Positions 12,776-25,793 of a stretch of DNA of 64,000 nt are shown in pieces. The notes under the pieces were generated by a model, which was not told the DNA's origin, ran no database searches, and saw nothing but the letters and a program-made list of their open reading frames with translations. The translations under genes and the position numbers were made by a program. Numbering within the stretch: position 1 is the first letter of the stretch; every line of letters begins with the position of its first letter. Origin of the DNA: the human T2T-CHM13v2.0 reference genome, Homo sapiens. The stretch is taken from NCBI RefSeq assembly GCF_009914755.1, contig NC_060931.1, one strand, 5' to 3'.

Positions 12776-13325
12776 TGGTTACTGCAACTTCCACCTCCCA
12801 GCTCAAGTGATTCTCCTGCCTCCGCCTCCCAAGTTTCTTGGATTACAGGCATAAGTCACCACACTCGGCTAATTTTTTTGTATTTTTAGTAGAGATGGGG
12901 GTTTCTCTATGTTGGCCAGGCTGGTTTTGAACTTCTGGCCTCATGTGATCCACTTGCCTCAGCCTCCTGAAGCGATGGGATTACAGGCATGAGCCACTGC
13001 ACCCAGCCCCTTTTCTTGTACTACACACTCTGCAGAGATTGCATTATTCACTCCTCTGACATTTTTTTGAAAGTTTTGTGAAATCTCCTGCGCCCCAGTG
13101 TAAGTCCCTTTGCACTAACTGTCAACAGCTGCTGATGTCTATTGCCAGGGAAACCTGTGGCCTGTTTTTCACTTTATCTGGCTCTTATAAATACTCTTAC
13201 ATAGTCTGGGTCTTACCTGGTCTGGCTAGGTAGGACACTATTTTGCTATGGGAGAATTCAGTGCCTTCAGACACCCAGCTAGGCACCTTCTCTGCAGCCT
13301 CATGGCCCTGCAAATACTGTCAGAG
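12776..13325 (-). repeat. Right arm of local inverted duplication, containing a tail-less Alu copy (about 12776-13008)
   Basis: Reverse complement of 11330-11895; the Alu lacks its 3' end and tail and shares non-consensus bases with the left Alu. Confidence 0.92.
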
Positions 13326-13765
13326 CTACTGCTTTGCCCTTTGTAATCTTGAGACAGAAAAACGGGGAAAGCTCAAACAATGGAAAAACAATGAGAACAC
13401 TTCTAGTCTTGGACAATGGGTAGAGGAAACAGTGTTTCCAGTTCTTAGTGCTTGGTCAGCTGAAAAGCAAGAATTTCATCCCTTTTCATAAGTTTTGGGA
13501 AAACTACAATGTGGTTTTTGCTAAATGTAAGGAAAGGAGAATGCTGATTGATATTATTTTATCTATATTAATATAAACAGCTAAAAGTGGATAACCTTTG
13601 TGAATCCTGGCTATGTGCTAGGCACACAAGTATGACAGCACTAAATACCTCATTGAATCCTTACAGAGCTCTGAGACAGGATATGCTCTCTCCATATTAG
13701 GAATAAGTAATAACTAACTTCAACTCCTCACTCTACCACTTATAAGTGATGTGACTTTTGGCTAA

Positions 13766-14174
13766 TATGTTATTCAGTTTTATGTTGCTATAAAGAAATG
13801 CCTGAGACAGGGTAATTTATAAAGCAAAGAAATTTATTTGGCCCACAGTTCTGCAGGCTGTACAAGGATGGTGTCAGCATCTGTTCAGCTTTTGGTGAGC
13901 CTCAGGAAGCTTTTAGTCATGGCAGAAGGAAAGGGAAGCCAGCATGAGACATGGCGAGAGATGGAGCAAGAGAGATGGGGTGGGGGTGGTGGGTCTCAGA
14001 CTCTTTTTAACCATCAGATCTCATGGTAACTCATTACTGTGAGAAGGCACCAAGCCATCCACTAGGGATTTGCCTCCATGACCCAAACATTTCCCACCAG
14101 GGTCCACCTACATCCAACAATGGGATCGCATTTCAACATGGGATTTGGAGGGGACAAACATCTAAACCATCTCA
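13766..14174 (-). mobile_element. MaLR MST-type solo LTR inserted in a MIR
   Basis: gttgctataaagaaatgcctgagacagggtaatttataaag...tttcaacatgggatttggaggggacaaacatctaaaccatctca; MIR sequence on both sides (about 13720-13765 and 14175-14300). Confidence 0.88.
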
Positions 14175-15609
14175 GCCAGTTATTCAACCTCTTGAGCTTC
14201 AGTATCCTTATCCATTACATTTAAATGGGAATGACAATAATAATACTTTCAACATAGGGTGATTTTTGAGAAGCAAATGAGTTACCATTTTTTCAAAGAA
14301 ACTTACAGTGAGAATATCTAAGTTTGTGTAATATAAGATAATTATCTGATTTTAAAACAAATTCTGCTCCACCAGCTCAGAACTATACATCAGTTTCTTG
14401 ACTCCCCTGTTGGAACAAAGAATGCATTTTCCCAGAGCAAAATAAACAAGTATAATTATTTGGGTTCTATAATTCAGATAAGTCATAGAGCTTCTGGACT
14501 ACCTTAAAGAACAAGTGATCATGCATTACAGTAGAATCTGGAATATATTTCTGATTAGAAATGTTTACAAGTGTCAAGGAAATATTTTTTGTGAGATGAG
14601 TTGGAGATGGCTTGTTGTTTACATATAGAAAACGGGAAGAAATTTGATACCTTCCAAGGAGTTATCAGTCAGATAGGTTCTGTAGTTACTTGGCTCAGGT
14701 TATTTTTATTTACTTGGTTCCGTTTAATTGACGCTTAATACACCTGCTGGAAATATCACCAACGAACCACAGCAGAAGAGTTTAGGTGAGAAAAGCAGTT
14801 AAAATTCCCCTCTCTAGTCTCCACTAGATCATATAGAAAGCAAGTGATTTCTGAATAACTGAATTCATTTGAACTTGTATTAGATTATCAGGCAGTTTTG
14901 TTTTGTTTTTGACTGCTAAAAACACTACTTTCCATAAAATCCAGATACCTCCCTACCTCAGCCAACTTGTGTCTCTTACTATTGATTTTGTCCTTACCAG
15001 TTGAATTCTTATACTTGAAAATGCTTCAAAAAATAAAAGTGCACTATAAAAGATAATATTTATTTATAGTATGGTGTTATTTTCTATGTTTCAGAACTCT
15101 GCTAGGTTAAGAAATACTGAGTTCACTCCAAATTATTTAATGAGTAGGAATCAGTTACAGGAACTATCTAATCTTGAGAAATAAGATGGTTTTCTGGCAT
15201 TTAAAATATCTGCTTAGACTGATGTTATAAAGGTTGAGAAAAAGAAGAAAATGATGAAAAACTGATCAATGAAATATGTTTTTATCTTCTGGAAAGACCC
15301 TCAAATGTCCAACATTTCCAGTAATTCCTAATAATTTCTAACTGTCTGATCTCACAGTATAGAGATGAGTAAACATATCATTTTTAAAATTGACATATTG
15401 AATAATCTCATTAAAATACCACCAAATATAAACCTTATACATCATTCTACAGGTAAAAGAACACATAAACAATTTTAGTGACATACTCATATTCATAATT
15501 ACCAGAAATATGTATATTTTAAATTTCCGCATGTATATCTTTTATTTGAGCAAGATACATTAAGTTCTTAACAATTTACTGTGTCTATGTCTATAAAGAA
15601 GATGAGGGC

Positions 15610-16095
15610 AGGGTGCTGCTACCTTCTGTTTCTGCTTCTGATTTCCTTTCTACCCCTGCTCTATCCCCAAGAATCTGAGATTAGCCACATCAATGCATTT
15701 CTTTGCCCTCTGTTTCTATTTGGATTTGTTCAACAGGCTGCATCAACAGAAGATCAGAGGGAGAGAGAGAAGTGATGTAGGAGTATGTTTTTCCTTTTGC
15801 TGTCTCCATGCCAGATTGAGGTCAGGTGATTTTGTCCCTCTAGAAAAGGCTGTAACTTCTGTCAGGAGGCCCTGTTCCTGCAGCTATTCTCTTCAGGTTC
15901 CAGTAATAATTTGCATCCCTTCACCTGAGGCCCAGATAAAATACTGATTTCTCTTGCTATTATTAGTCTCAGTATATTGCATTATCTATGGATGAGGTCT
16001 TTAAACCTTGGCCTACTTTGAAAATAATTCCTTTAATAAAATTTCCTCAAATTACACCTACTTGAGTGCTCTGTTCCCTGACTGAATCTGTTAAA
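15610..16095 (+). mobile_element. ERVL LTR (LTR33-like)
   Basis: ttgccctctgtttctatttggatttg...gaagatcagagggagagagagaagtga...cctttaataaaatttcctcaaattac. Confidence 0.6.
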
Positions 16096-16134
16096 GAGTG
16101 GGGAATGGATTCCTCAGAGTACTGAGTTTTAAAG

Positions 16135-16838
16135 CAGTCACTTTCAATGGCAGCATCGTCTCTTACTTGCCTTGTTGCAATAATCTCTTATTGGTCTCCC
16201 TTCTTCTAACCTTGACTCATCAAAGTGGATCTTCAACACTGCTGCCAGAATAATCTTGTTAAAATGTAAGGAAGATCAGTTCATTTCTCTGCTCAAAGGT
16301 CTTAGAGGATTTTAAATCTAAAGATCCAAGATATTTCCATATCCTTGGAGCCCTAACAATCTGCCCCCACCTGGCTCCCTTACAGCTCTGCTCTGGTCTC
16401 CTCTGCTAGTTACCCCTTAGCTGTTCCACTGCTCTGGATGGCGATGTTTCTTGAACACACCAGACATTCTCCCTGTTGAGGATCTTAACACTTGCTCTTC
16501 CTGCGGCCTGGAATCCTCTTCCATATGGCTTTTTCCTTCACTGACTTCAGATCTATCTATGCTATGATTTCAGCTTCCAAAGTAGTCTTTTCCTAAACGC
16601 TCTATTTAATGAAACAACATCCTCTCCTGGGCTCCTTTACACAGTTTTTATTTTATGTTTTCTCTAAAGTACCTATCACCAACTAACATATTTATTTTGT
16701 GCTATTTCTCTTTAAAGAATGTAAATTGCATAAAAACTGATTTATTTCTGTTTGCCCCTACAATCTATATCTGCAGAACACCTGGCTCTTAGTAGGCACC
16801 TACTATATACTGACTGAAAGAATGAAGAAATGAATGCA
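16135..16838 (+). mobile_element. L2 3' end
   Basis: L2 3' motifs ending tagtaggcacc...tgactgaaagaatgaagaaatgaatg. Confidence 0.75.
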
Positions 16839-17069
16839 TATAACTCACTAGAGTTAAGCAACATTTTACTCAGCTCACATTTACTTTAGCTGTAGTATGT
16901 TGATGATTAAATTAATTAAATCAATTATTTAGTAAATAGCATTGATACAGTTCTATGCTGAAAATTTAATTGCTCCCTGATATTTCCATCTTTTTAATAT
17001 ACACAAATAGATTGCAAGTCTTAATTTACCCTTAAAACAATATTTGTTACATAAGTAAAATGAATCAGT

Positions 17070-17222
17070 AAACAGATTTTTGAACTAGCTCTACTAGTAA
17101 TTCACACTAGATAACATAAGGCAAAGTCATTTTAATTTCTTTGTGCTCCAGTTTCCCCACCTATAAAATTAGGGATAGAATTAGATGATTCTTAAGGTCC
17201 ATTCTTCTTCTGAAATTCTGAG
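17070..17222 (+). mobile_element. MIR/MIR3 fragment
   Basis: cagtttccccacctataaaattaggg...tagatgattcttaaggtccattc. Confidence 0.6.
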
Positions 17223-17689
17223 AGGTGATTGTTACATAAAATGTCTTCTAAATATGTTTATATATTTTAAAATATCATCTAAAATTATAGTGTAATCGAT
17301 GCTAAGTACAAAGAGTAAGTGACATCTTCAGGAAACACACAGGCCTTATTATTTGTCTTTTCATTTTCTTTGCTAACAATATATCAGAAAGTCTCTTTCT
17401 GGAGGATAAAAACAGATAAAATTATCAAGAGACTAGTGATCATAGAGAACACATTGATTGAAATAAAAGCATAATTTTGAGTTGACTGTTTTTCACTAAT
17501 GTGTTAAGAAGCAGATGAAGTATGTCTGAATTCCAGATTATATTGCAATGAATATTTTTGGTTTTTATATGTCTGGAACTTTACGGAAGATTATCTCTAC
17601 AGAGGATCATCTCACAAATTTCCAAATTCAAAAAATGACTTTACATTGATCTCAAATGAGTACTTTAAATTGAAATGAACCTTTTATAT

Positions 17690-17885
17690 TTGACATATTT
17701 TTTGCTTATAAAATTGACACTGCACTCCCAGAAAATTCATGTAAAATTTATAGGAGTCTCTAGATCGTTCTTATCTGTTTATCGATCTGAAGATACGAAG
17801 CGACAAATTTCTGAATTTTCGTCAGCACTTGTATCGTGCCAACACAGCAAAAATCAGATGCTATTTATCATTTTTGAATTTTCAC
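17690..17885. repeat. Degenerate palindrome centred near 17775; candidate ancient conserved hairpin element
   Basis: Nested inverted blocks agatcg/cgatct, gaaaattcatgtaaattt/aaatttctgaattttc, ttgacac/gtgccaa, tttttgct/agcaaaaa; local CpG excess. Confidence 0.55.
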
Positions 17886-19783
17886 CACCGGAAATGTCAT
17901 TAATTTTAATGATAAAATCCTGTTATACTTTGCATAGAGTTGACCTTTTGAGCTCTCAGAAAAAATGTATCATATAACCATAAGATGGTATTATTGTTAC
18001 TTGGAAATGAAATAGATTTCTTATCTTTTCGTAATAGTATGATGGACAAAAATGTGTGTCTTTTGTCATTTTTTACTTTCTACATATTAAGTGCAATATT
18101 CATTTTGAAAATAAGTACTTCTTGTATATTTACATGTATATTTTATTTTAAACTACTGGAAAGTAAAAACAAATACCCACAATTATTTACATACCTCTAG
18201 CAGGCAGCTAGAAAGTGTTTTATTACATTTATTGTTTCATCATCTCAATTATTTTCAATAAAATCTGAACTGAAATTATTACTTATTAATAAACTCAAGC
18301 CCATAAATATCTTTTATCCCCCTACAAAGTGGTTTTTTATCCTGCATCAATTTATCTTGATTATGAAACAAACAAATTCTCAAATGAGTAAAAAATGTAG
18401 TGTCTGCTTGTCACACGTTTGGACAGTGAAAGATTCTTTTGTTTGGAAAACAAAAGAACTCACAATTTCTGGCTTCTTATAGCTTGATGATATTTGTTTC
18501 CATCATGCCATTTTACTTATTGTACAATACATAGTAGAATGCTTTTTATTGGCTTCAAACATAGGCTTAGAACAGGCATCGTTCAAAGAAAAGGGTCTCT
18601 ACATGCATCACAATTTCTTCCTTGCCACTGCCGTTTTGTATATAGTTAGGTGATACATCCATCCTCATTAGGAACCACTCCTCTTTACGCACAGACTATT
18701 CCTGACAATCAACCAAGCCAGTTCTTCTCTTGGATTTAAAATATCCTCATAACATTTATTCTCACTGCTTTGCTTTTTGTGGTCCCTAACTAGTACAATC
18801 ATTTTTTTAAAGAATAATACCTCCTATATTTATTCGTGCCAATAGAATGAAACAGACTTCATGGGTAGAAGGATGCAAGCAATACACAAGGCAACAATAA
18901 GAGAGGCACTGCCAAGTACTGGATTTAAAAAAGTAGAACTCACAAAGAGCAGCCCTTAAAGAGTATGTTTAATCATTGCTAGAAGTGTAAAGTATAACTA
19001 CCTTATATGACTGGTCGCCCACCATTTAATATTTATAAAGCACATTTCTACTTTTCATGAAGTTTAATATTTTATGATTATTATATCTATAATTCCACAA
19101 GAACCCCTCAGAGAAAGCATATTACAAGTTAAAAATTATCTGATAGGGCAAGTGTAACACGTTTATATGACAGCTTATGTGATAGAATGAATTAAAATAA
19201 CTCACTGGGAGATGGTGATATGGGTTGCATTCTGGTTCCTACCATTTACTACATTTGTAACAGAGCAAGTTCCATGGTTCCTATGTTCTTTAGTTTTTAT
19301 TCCTGGTAATGAAGGACATGACTGTCCTGTTCTACCTTTTGCACTATTTTGGAGTTTATTGATAACGTGTAGGAGGATACTTTCAAAAGAGAAAATGTTC
19401 TTAAAATATTACATTTAAACATCCTAAACTCTGTATTCCTTGCTATATACCTATGTAGAATCTACTTGACCTATGAAATTGGTCCTAACTTGGCCTTTTC
19501 CTCATTGTTGCAACCATTTAGGTACAATTCTGTTAAATTTAATCTTCAAAAAATTAGCCTTTATCTCTATAATTTGATCGTTTTTATTCTAAGAGTTTAC
19601 AAATGTGATTCTACCTCTCTTACTCAGAATCACCTCCCTTTTTTAAGGTATTTTACAGTGGGCAGTCTTTTATTCATCACCTGAAACTGAGCTAAACATT
19701 GATGCTATATTTTGGACATGAATGCTGTATTTCCCACTATAAATCTTTAACCTTTCACACTTTGTGGTTAATAGATGGACTTG

Positions 19784-20240
19784 GCAATCTCACTTCTGGG
19801 TATAAACCCAAAGGAAATGAAATTAGTATCTGAAAGAGATATCTGCACTCCCATGTTTGTGCAGCACTTCTAACAATAGCTAAAATTTGGAAGCAACTTA
19901 AATGTCCATCAACGGATGAATCAATAAAGAAAATCTGATACTTATGCACCCTTCAGCCATAAAAGAATGAGATTCTGTTATTTGCAACAACATGGATGGA
20001 ACTGCAGGTCATTACACTAAGTAAAATAAACCAGGCGCAGAAAAACATCACGTGTTCTCACTTATTCGTGGGATCTAAAAATCAAAACAATCAAACACAT
20101 GGAGATAGAGAGTAGAAGGATGTCTACCAGAGGCTGGGAAGAGTAGTGAGGTAGGGGTGGGGAAATGGGGTGCTCTGGGGGAGGTGGAGATGGTTAATCG
20201 GTACAAAAAATTAGTTAGAAAGAATGAATAAGATCTAGTT
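19784..20240 (+). mobile_element. L1MA-type ORF2 end / 3'UTR fragment
   Basis: gcaatctcacttctgggtata...agatatctgcactcccatgtt...ggtacaaaaaattagttagaaagaatgaataagatctagt. Confidence 0.85.
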
Positions 20241-20482
20241 CTTGCAAAACTTAAAAACAGATTTACCATATGGCCCAGCGGTCTCATTACTGGGTATATA
20301 TCCAAATGAAGATAATTTTCCCACCAAAAGGACCCATGAATTTATATATTTATCTCAGTGTTATTCACAACAGCAAAGACATGGAATCAACCTAGGTGCC
20401 CATCAACAATGGACTGGATAAATAAGATGTTATATATCCAGTTCGCTGTTGATTGGATATCAACAAAGGATATGTAGGATAT

Positions 20483-20575
20483 CAACAAAGGAGATATATA
20501 TCTATAGATATCTACAGATATAGATAAATATGGATAGATATATAGATAGATAGATATAGATATCTATAGATAGAG
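20483..20575. repeat. (GATA/TA)n-type simple repeat
   Basis: gatatatatctatagatatctacagatatagata...gatagatagatatag. Confidence 0.8.
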
Positions 20576-20651
20576 ATCTTGCCACTCCACTCAAGTCTGT
20601 GTGACAGAGCAAGGTTCCTTCTCCCAAAAAAAAAAAAAAGAAAAAAAAAAA
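20573..20651 (+). mobile_element. Alu 3' terminal fragment with poly(A)
   Basis: gagatcttgccactccactcaagtctgtgtgacagagcaagg followed by an A tract. Confidence 0.75.
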
Positions 20652-21014
20652 GAATAAAATCATATCCTTCGTAGCATCATGGATGCAGCTGGAGGCCATT
20701 ATCCTAAGCAAATTAATGCAGGAACAGAAAACCAAATACCATATATTCTCATTTATAAGTGAGAGCTAAACATTGGGTAGACATAGACATAAAGATGGCA
20801 ACGGTAAACACTGGGGACTACTAGAGGCAGGAGGGAGGGAGGGAAGGAAGAGGGCAAGGTTCGAAAAACTGTTAGGTACTATGCTCAGTGCCTGGGAGAC
20901 AGGAACAATCATGCCCCTAACCTCAGCATCACACAATATACCCATGTAACAAACCTGCACATGTACTTCTGATTCACTAAAGTTGAAAATTATTTACAAG
21001 AAAGAAATTTGATA

Positions 21015-21195
21015 AGAGAAAAGATTGTGTGTGTCTTCATCTCTTACACCCATACACATAAATCACAACTATGGTTGGTGATGGAGGTGTTAATTAATTT
21101 GACTGTGTTAATCATTATACATTGTACATGTATACCAAATTATCACATTGTACAGCTTGGATATATACAATTTTTATTGATCAATTAAGTATTTT
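21015..21195 (+). mobile_element. Old L1MA 3' terminus
   Basis: aactatggttggtgatggaggtgttaattaatttgactgtgttaatcattatacattgtac. Confidence 0.7.
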
Positions 21196-21349
21196 AATAT
21201 TTTACTTAGGATGACCTGTGTTTGAAACTTTGCTTTACTGTTTATGAGCTGTGTAATCACATGCAGGATGTTAAATCCGAAGCTTCAAAATGGGAAGAAT
21301 AATAAAACATACCTAATGTAACCTTTAAGAGTAGTAAATGAGAGAACTG

Positions 21350-21481
21350 ATTTGAGTGATAACTCTAGTTGTCCTGTGTGGGCTGGCCTCAGGTCATTTA
21401 AACTCCTTCTCTATTGCAACACCATGGTCTCAGTGAATTGATTTTGTGTAGTGGGCAGGAAGAAGCCATTAGGTGAGTACA
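21350..21481 (+). mobile_element. ERV1 LTR 3' end (MER31/MER67-like)
   Basis: aaactccttctctattgcaacaccatggtctcagtgaattgattttgtgtagtgggcaggaagaagccattaggtgagtaca. Confidence 0.6.
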
Positions 21482-22984
21482 TCATGCTGCTGCCCACCTG
21501 ACCCAGCAGGGAACCAGTCTCTCGCAGAGCCCCATATTTCTTGGCATCCTCAAGTTAGGTGGGAGCTGTTGTATGTGGTCACAGCATAGTACCTGCCAGT
21601 TCTGCCTCTCCTCCTCCATCTCCTACCTGATGCCACTTGCAGAAGTCTCACAACTGGTCCTCCTGACAGTGTGTGTAGTGAGAAAGCAAAGATCAGCATC
21701 TGGCGTGGTCTCCACCAGTTGTCTGGGCACCCAAGGAGAAAGCCAAGGGCTGGGCCCAGCATGGACTCCACTGGTACTACTAGCACCTGAGCAGAAATGA
21801 TTTCCCTCCACAAGACAGTTTGAGTTGACTCCCCTCAAACTCAATGTTTTACTGTGCCACGAGGAACCAAGCAGCTCTGTTTAGGCCAAAATCCCAAAGT
21901 CTCAAGGATGAGTTTCATAGTTCTAGGTCCTCAGATCATGCCCAGAATTTTACCAAGTGTTATGGAATCACTGCCATCAGTTTTTGGTTTTCTCTTCTTT
22001 TATCCCAAGAGCTGAAACCCAGAAGAGAAAAGATGTTAAGTCATGCCTATTCAATTTTCTCCAGACCCCTCAGCTAAAAACAGGCAAACAAAGAGTAGTA
22101 AATAAGATTATGTAAAGGGCTTGCTTCATGTTTGGCACTCCATCAGTTGGGCCTATCATTATCAATGTATCATACATTCTAGTTCCTTTTGCTGCCATTC
22201 CTGACTTTGCAAAATTTATGCTAGATTTTCCATTATCTTTCTTTTCCTTCCACAAAAAATAAAGTTGCTCTTCTTTATTACAAACGTATAAACATGTGGA
22301 AAGCTCCTCCTCGTGAGCCTCTACAGTCTTAGGCATTCCCTTCCTTTATTGATTTTTTTTTGTCAGATTTTGTGCCAACTGTCTCATGCCACCTTCAAAA
22401 ATCCTGAAATGATAGTGTAATCAATAAACAATAACAACATTACACATACCTGGCTGTCAGTTTCAAGATACTCACACTCAATGGCATCATATCTTAACAG
22501 ACACATATTCCCAAATAGTCATTTCTAAAACTTGTGATCCACTACCCTTTAAGCCCAATGTTCATTACCCATACTATATATATTTAATTCTTTTTTTTTT
22601 ACTCAAATCATCCACAAATGGGCCATTTCCCTCCTTGTGATAGCCCCTATTCTGTTCACCAATATTAGATGCAATTTTGTTTACTGGACTATTACTTATT
22701 ACTACTCAGTGCTTTATTTTCTCATTTACATAAAAAAGATGGAAAATAGTACATACTGTTTTTATTTGGATTAAATGAGTAAATAAAAAAATAGTGTACA
22801 TATAGATTACTTGGAAGAAAGAGCCATATGGTAGTTCATGTATGTTTGTATATTTCCTATAATATTTAACACTAAATAAATTTTCTGGCCATGTATACTA
22901 TATATCATTTGGCATACAGAGGCCAGATACCTAATATATTTATGTATATTCATAAAACGTATACACACACACACAGTATCCATA

Positions 22985-23185
22985 CTTTTAGTTCAATGTT
23001 TTATTTAAGTATTAGTATCCTCAAAAGAACTCTGACAGGTAGACATTATAATCTTCATTTTACATATAAAGAAACTATGGCTTTCAGAAGTTATAATTTC
23101 TTTGGAACCACTCAGCTAAATAGCGCAGAACAAGATTCCAAATATATGCTCTTCTCTTGTAAGCAAATGCTGCTCACACCACTTC
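22985..23185 (-). mobile_element. MIR
   Basis: aactctgacaggtagacattataatcttcattttacatataaagaaactatggc. Confidence 0.65.
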
Positions 23186-24695
23186 ATCTAATTATCAGAC
23201 ACTGTTTTATTCAATCATGAGGGTTTGTGATTTAGAGTAGCCATGTCCCATGTCCAAGCCTGAGATCTCTTCGTCAACTATTTCAACTGGATGAGATAGG
23301 ACATCATTTCATCACTTTAAAGGGAAACTTGAGTTGAACATGCCACTTTCATTCTCCTCTGTGAAAACATGAGTGACTTTCTCCACATTAAATCTGGGAA
23401 TCAAACATCTTTGAAACATCCTCACCCCACCCCACCCCCAAGCATTATCAGCTTTCAGTAAGTAAGTTTTCCCCTTCATGAATTAAAAATAATAAAGATG
23501 CTCTTTGAGAATGCAAGAATTCCTTCATTTCAGTCATAGATGTGTTTCAACAAAATTGGTGAAATGTTAATTATCTAATTATATTCCAGCCTAAGATTGG
23601 CACCAGTTTTAGAAGTAGTTTCAAATAATCACAAATGAATTGGAAAACTTGATGAGCCAATTATTCTCTGTCCATGACACTCTACATATTTTTAAGTGAG
23701 TGTGTTTCTGTAGGTTGTCCATAAATTATTTTCATCTTTGTATTAAACAGAGTCAGTTTCTTAAATATTTCTGAAATATGCTCTATAATGTGTTTCAGGT
23801 AGAAAGTTCTTGCATTCCAAGCTGCCCATTTCCTTAAACTTAATATTCACTTTAATCCTGTGGATTCAGTGTTCTGTAAAATGAATTTACTTCAAATGAA
23901 GAAGGTTTTTCTATAAACATCCACGTGCATCATTTTAGTTCTCTAGTGAATCTGGTTTTATTGCTCTAAGCAAATATTCCTTGATTCCATTTGTAAAATA
24001 TTTCTGAAGAAACAAAGATGGCTTTGAACATATTTTCATTTTTCCCATTTTACTGAGATTATGTTTCCTTTGAACAGTCCTCAGATGAATTTCACCTTTC
24101 CTTTTTGTCTATTTCAAAGAAAGGGAGCCTTTGAAGAGTATTTTTTTTTTAATTTAATATAGCTAAAGCTTCTCTTACACGCAAATGAAATTTCCATTTA
24201 ATATTTTGGGTTTTTACTGAGAATAGGCTATGCTCAGTGGAGAAAAGAAAACAAACTTATTTGCAACTATTCCTATTTTCTATGGAGACCCAAGTCCCAG
24301 TCACCACTTTTGCCGCTCTGAACACAACAGGGATGCAGCAGGCCCCAATTCCAGCACAGTTTGCTGTGAGTATGGGGACCCTAAGTGTGCATACAGCTGG
24401 TACCATATACCTTTTCACTTTCATGAGTTATGAGTTTAGGAGATGACCATGGGGGACGTGAGAAGGCAAGATGTATTTCACCCCCTTATGTACTTCCAAA
24501 TATACCTGACCAGAGACACAAAGAGAATGCTTCTTCTCCTTCACTTCGGTGGTTACCAAAAGCATGAATGTGCCTATTTTAATTTTAACGAAAGAAACAG
24601 AAAATGTAGAAATTATTTCTATGGGATGCAATATTCATGCTATAGCTGCCATAGACTTTCTGGGAATCCTTTTTGCTTTTCCTCTTCGAGTTGTT

Positions 24696-24803
24696 GCAGG
24701 ATCGCTAGAGCCCAGGAGATTGAGGCTGCACTGAGCTGATATTGTACCACTGCACTCTACCCTAGGCAACAAAGACAGACACTGTCTCTAAAAATAAATA
24801 AAA
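24696..24803 (+). mobile_element. Alu monomer / AluJ right-arm 3' fragment (FRAM/FLAM-like)
   Basis: gcaggatcgctagagcccaggagattgaggctgcactgagc...actgtctctaaaaataaataaa. Confidence 0.8.
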
Positions 24804-25649
24804 TATTATTCAAGTTACATATAAGTGTGAATTTTTGTTCAGTGGCAATTCCATTTAGAGTACTATTTATGTACCAGCAAAAAATATATAAACTATGTTT
24901 GATTTTAGAAATTAAAATATGATAGGCTATTTAATTTTATCTGAAAAATTACAACTTGCATAGAAACAGACATTATAAAGAGGACCCTGGAGACTAAGTT
25001 ACAGGACACATACTAATTAATTTTAAAATTCAGTTAAATGATGACAGCACTTCACATAAACACATAACAATATAAAGTGAGAACTGTAACTGTTCTTTCT
25101 TTCAATATTTAAATAAATCAAAGTTTGCATTTATAGAAATAAAGTAACAGAAAACAGAAGTTACAGATCTGTGATACTGGCCAGAGAGGAGAGATGAAAA
25201 ACAGACTAGGTACCATTTTAAAGTCTTGGACTGTGTAGTAGGCATCTTCCTACTCCCATCCATTCTTCCTGCTTCCTATTACTAAATAAATAAGTAAAGA
25301 TACTCTCACCATACATTTTCTTGCCAAGCAAACTTTGTGTTTTACTACTTATACTAAAATGAATAAATCCTGAAATTTTTTCACTATTAAAAGTTCTAGA
25401 TGTGTCCTGATCTACCTTTTTAATAATTTTGACTTACTACTTACTGTACCAAAAAAAATTCTCAGATGGTTCTATTTGTTATTCCCCAATACCTTCCTCT
25501 CATTTCAGCTTTGTTTATGCCAGACATGTAGTGTTGTAATGCACATTAAGTCCTCCTTACCACATATCTTCAATCAAAACCCACTCTCTTCTTCAAGTAT
25601 ATGTTCAAATTCAGCCTCAAACATAAAAAGCCTTCTTTTTTTTTTTTTT

Positions 25650-25760
25650 CACACCAATTATCATGAGCTTTTAATTAATCTCTCAAGCAGGGAATAACCA
25701 TCAGCACATTAATTAATTGGCTTTTTCCTTATATTTGAATATTATCAAATTTTAACATTC
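25650..25760 (-). other. Putative L1 3'-transduced segment
   Basis: Non-L1 111 bp between two poly(A) tracts, inside the TSD, with ATTAAA (plus-strand tttaat 25670-25675) 20 nt before the distal poly(A). Confidence 0.85.
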
Positions 25761-25762
25761 AT

Positions 25763-25793
<31 letters not shown>

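Larger units (their letters stand above)
20245..21000 (+). mobile_element. L1PB-type 3' end, interrupted at about 20435-20650
   Basis: gcaaagacatggaatcaacctaggtgcccatcaac...ggggactactagagg...cctcagcatcacacaatatacccatgtaacaaacctgcacatgtac. Confidence 0.85.

Noticed and set aside
24428-24631. Possible 68-nt minus-strand exon (about 24507-24574) and overlapping ORFs
   Set aside because: Weak polypyrimidine tract and donor, and no recognisable protein in any frame.
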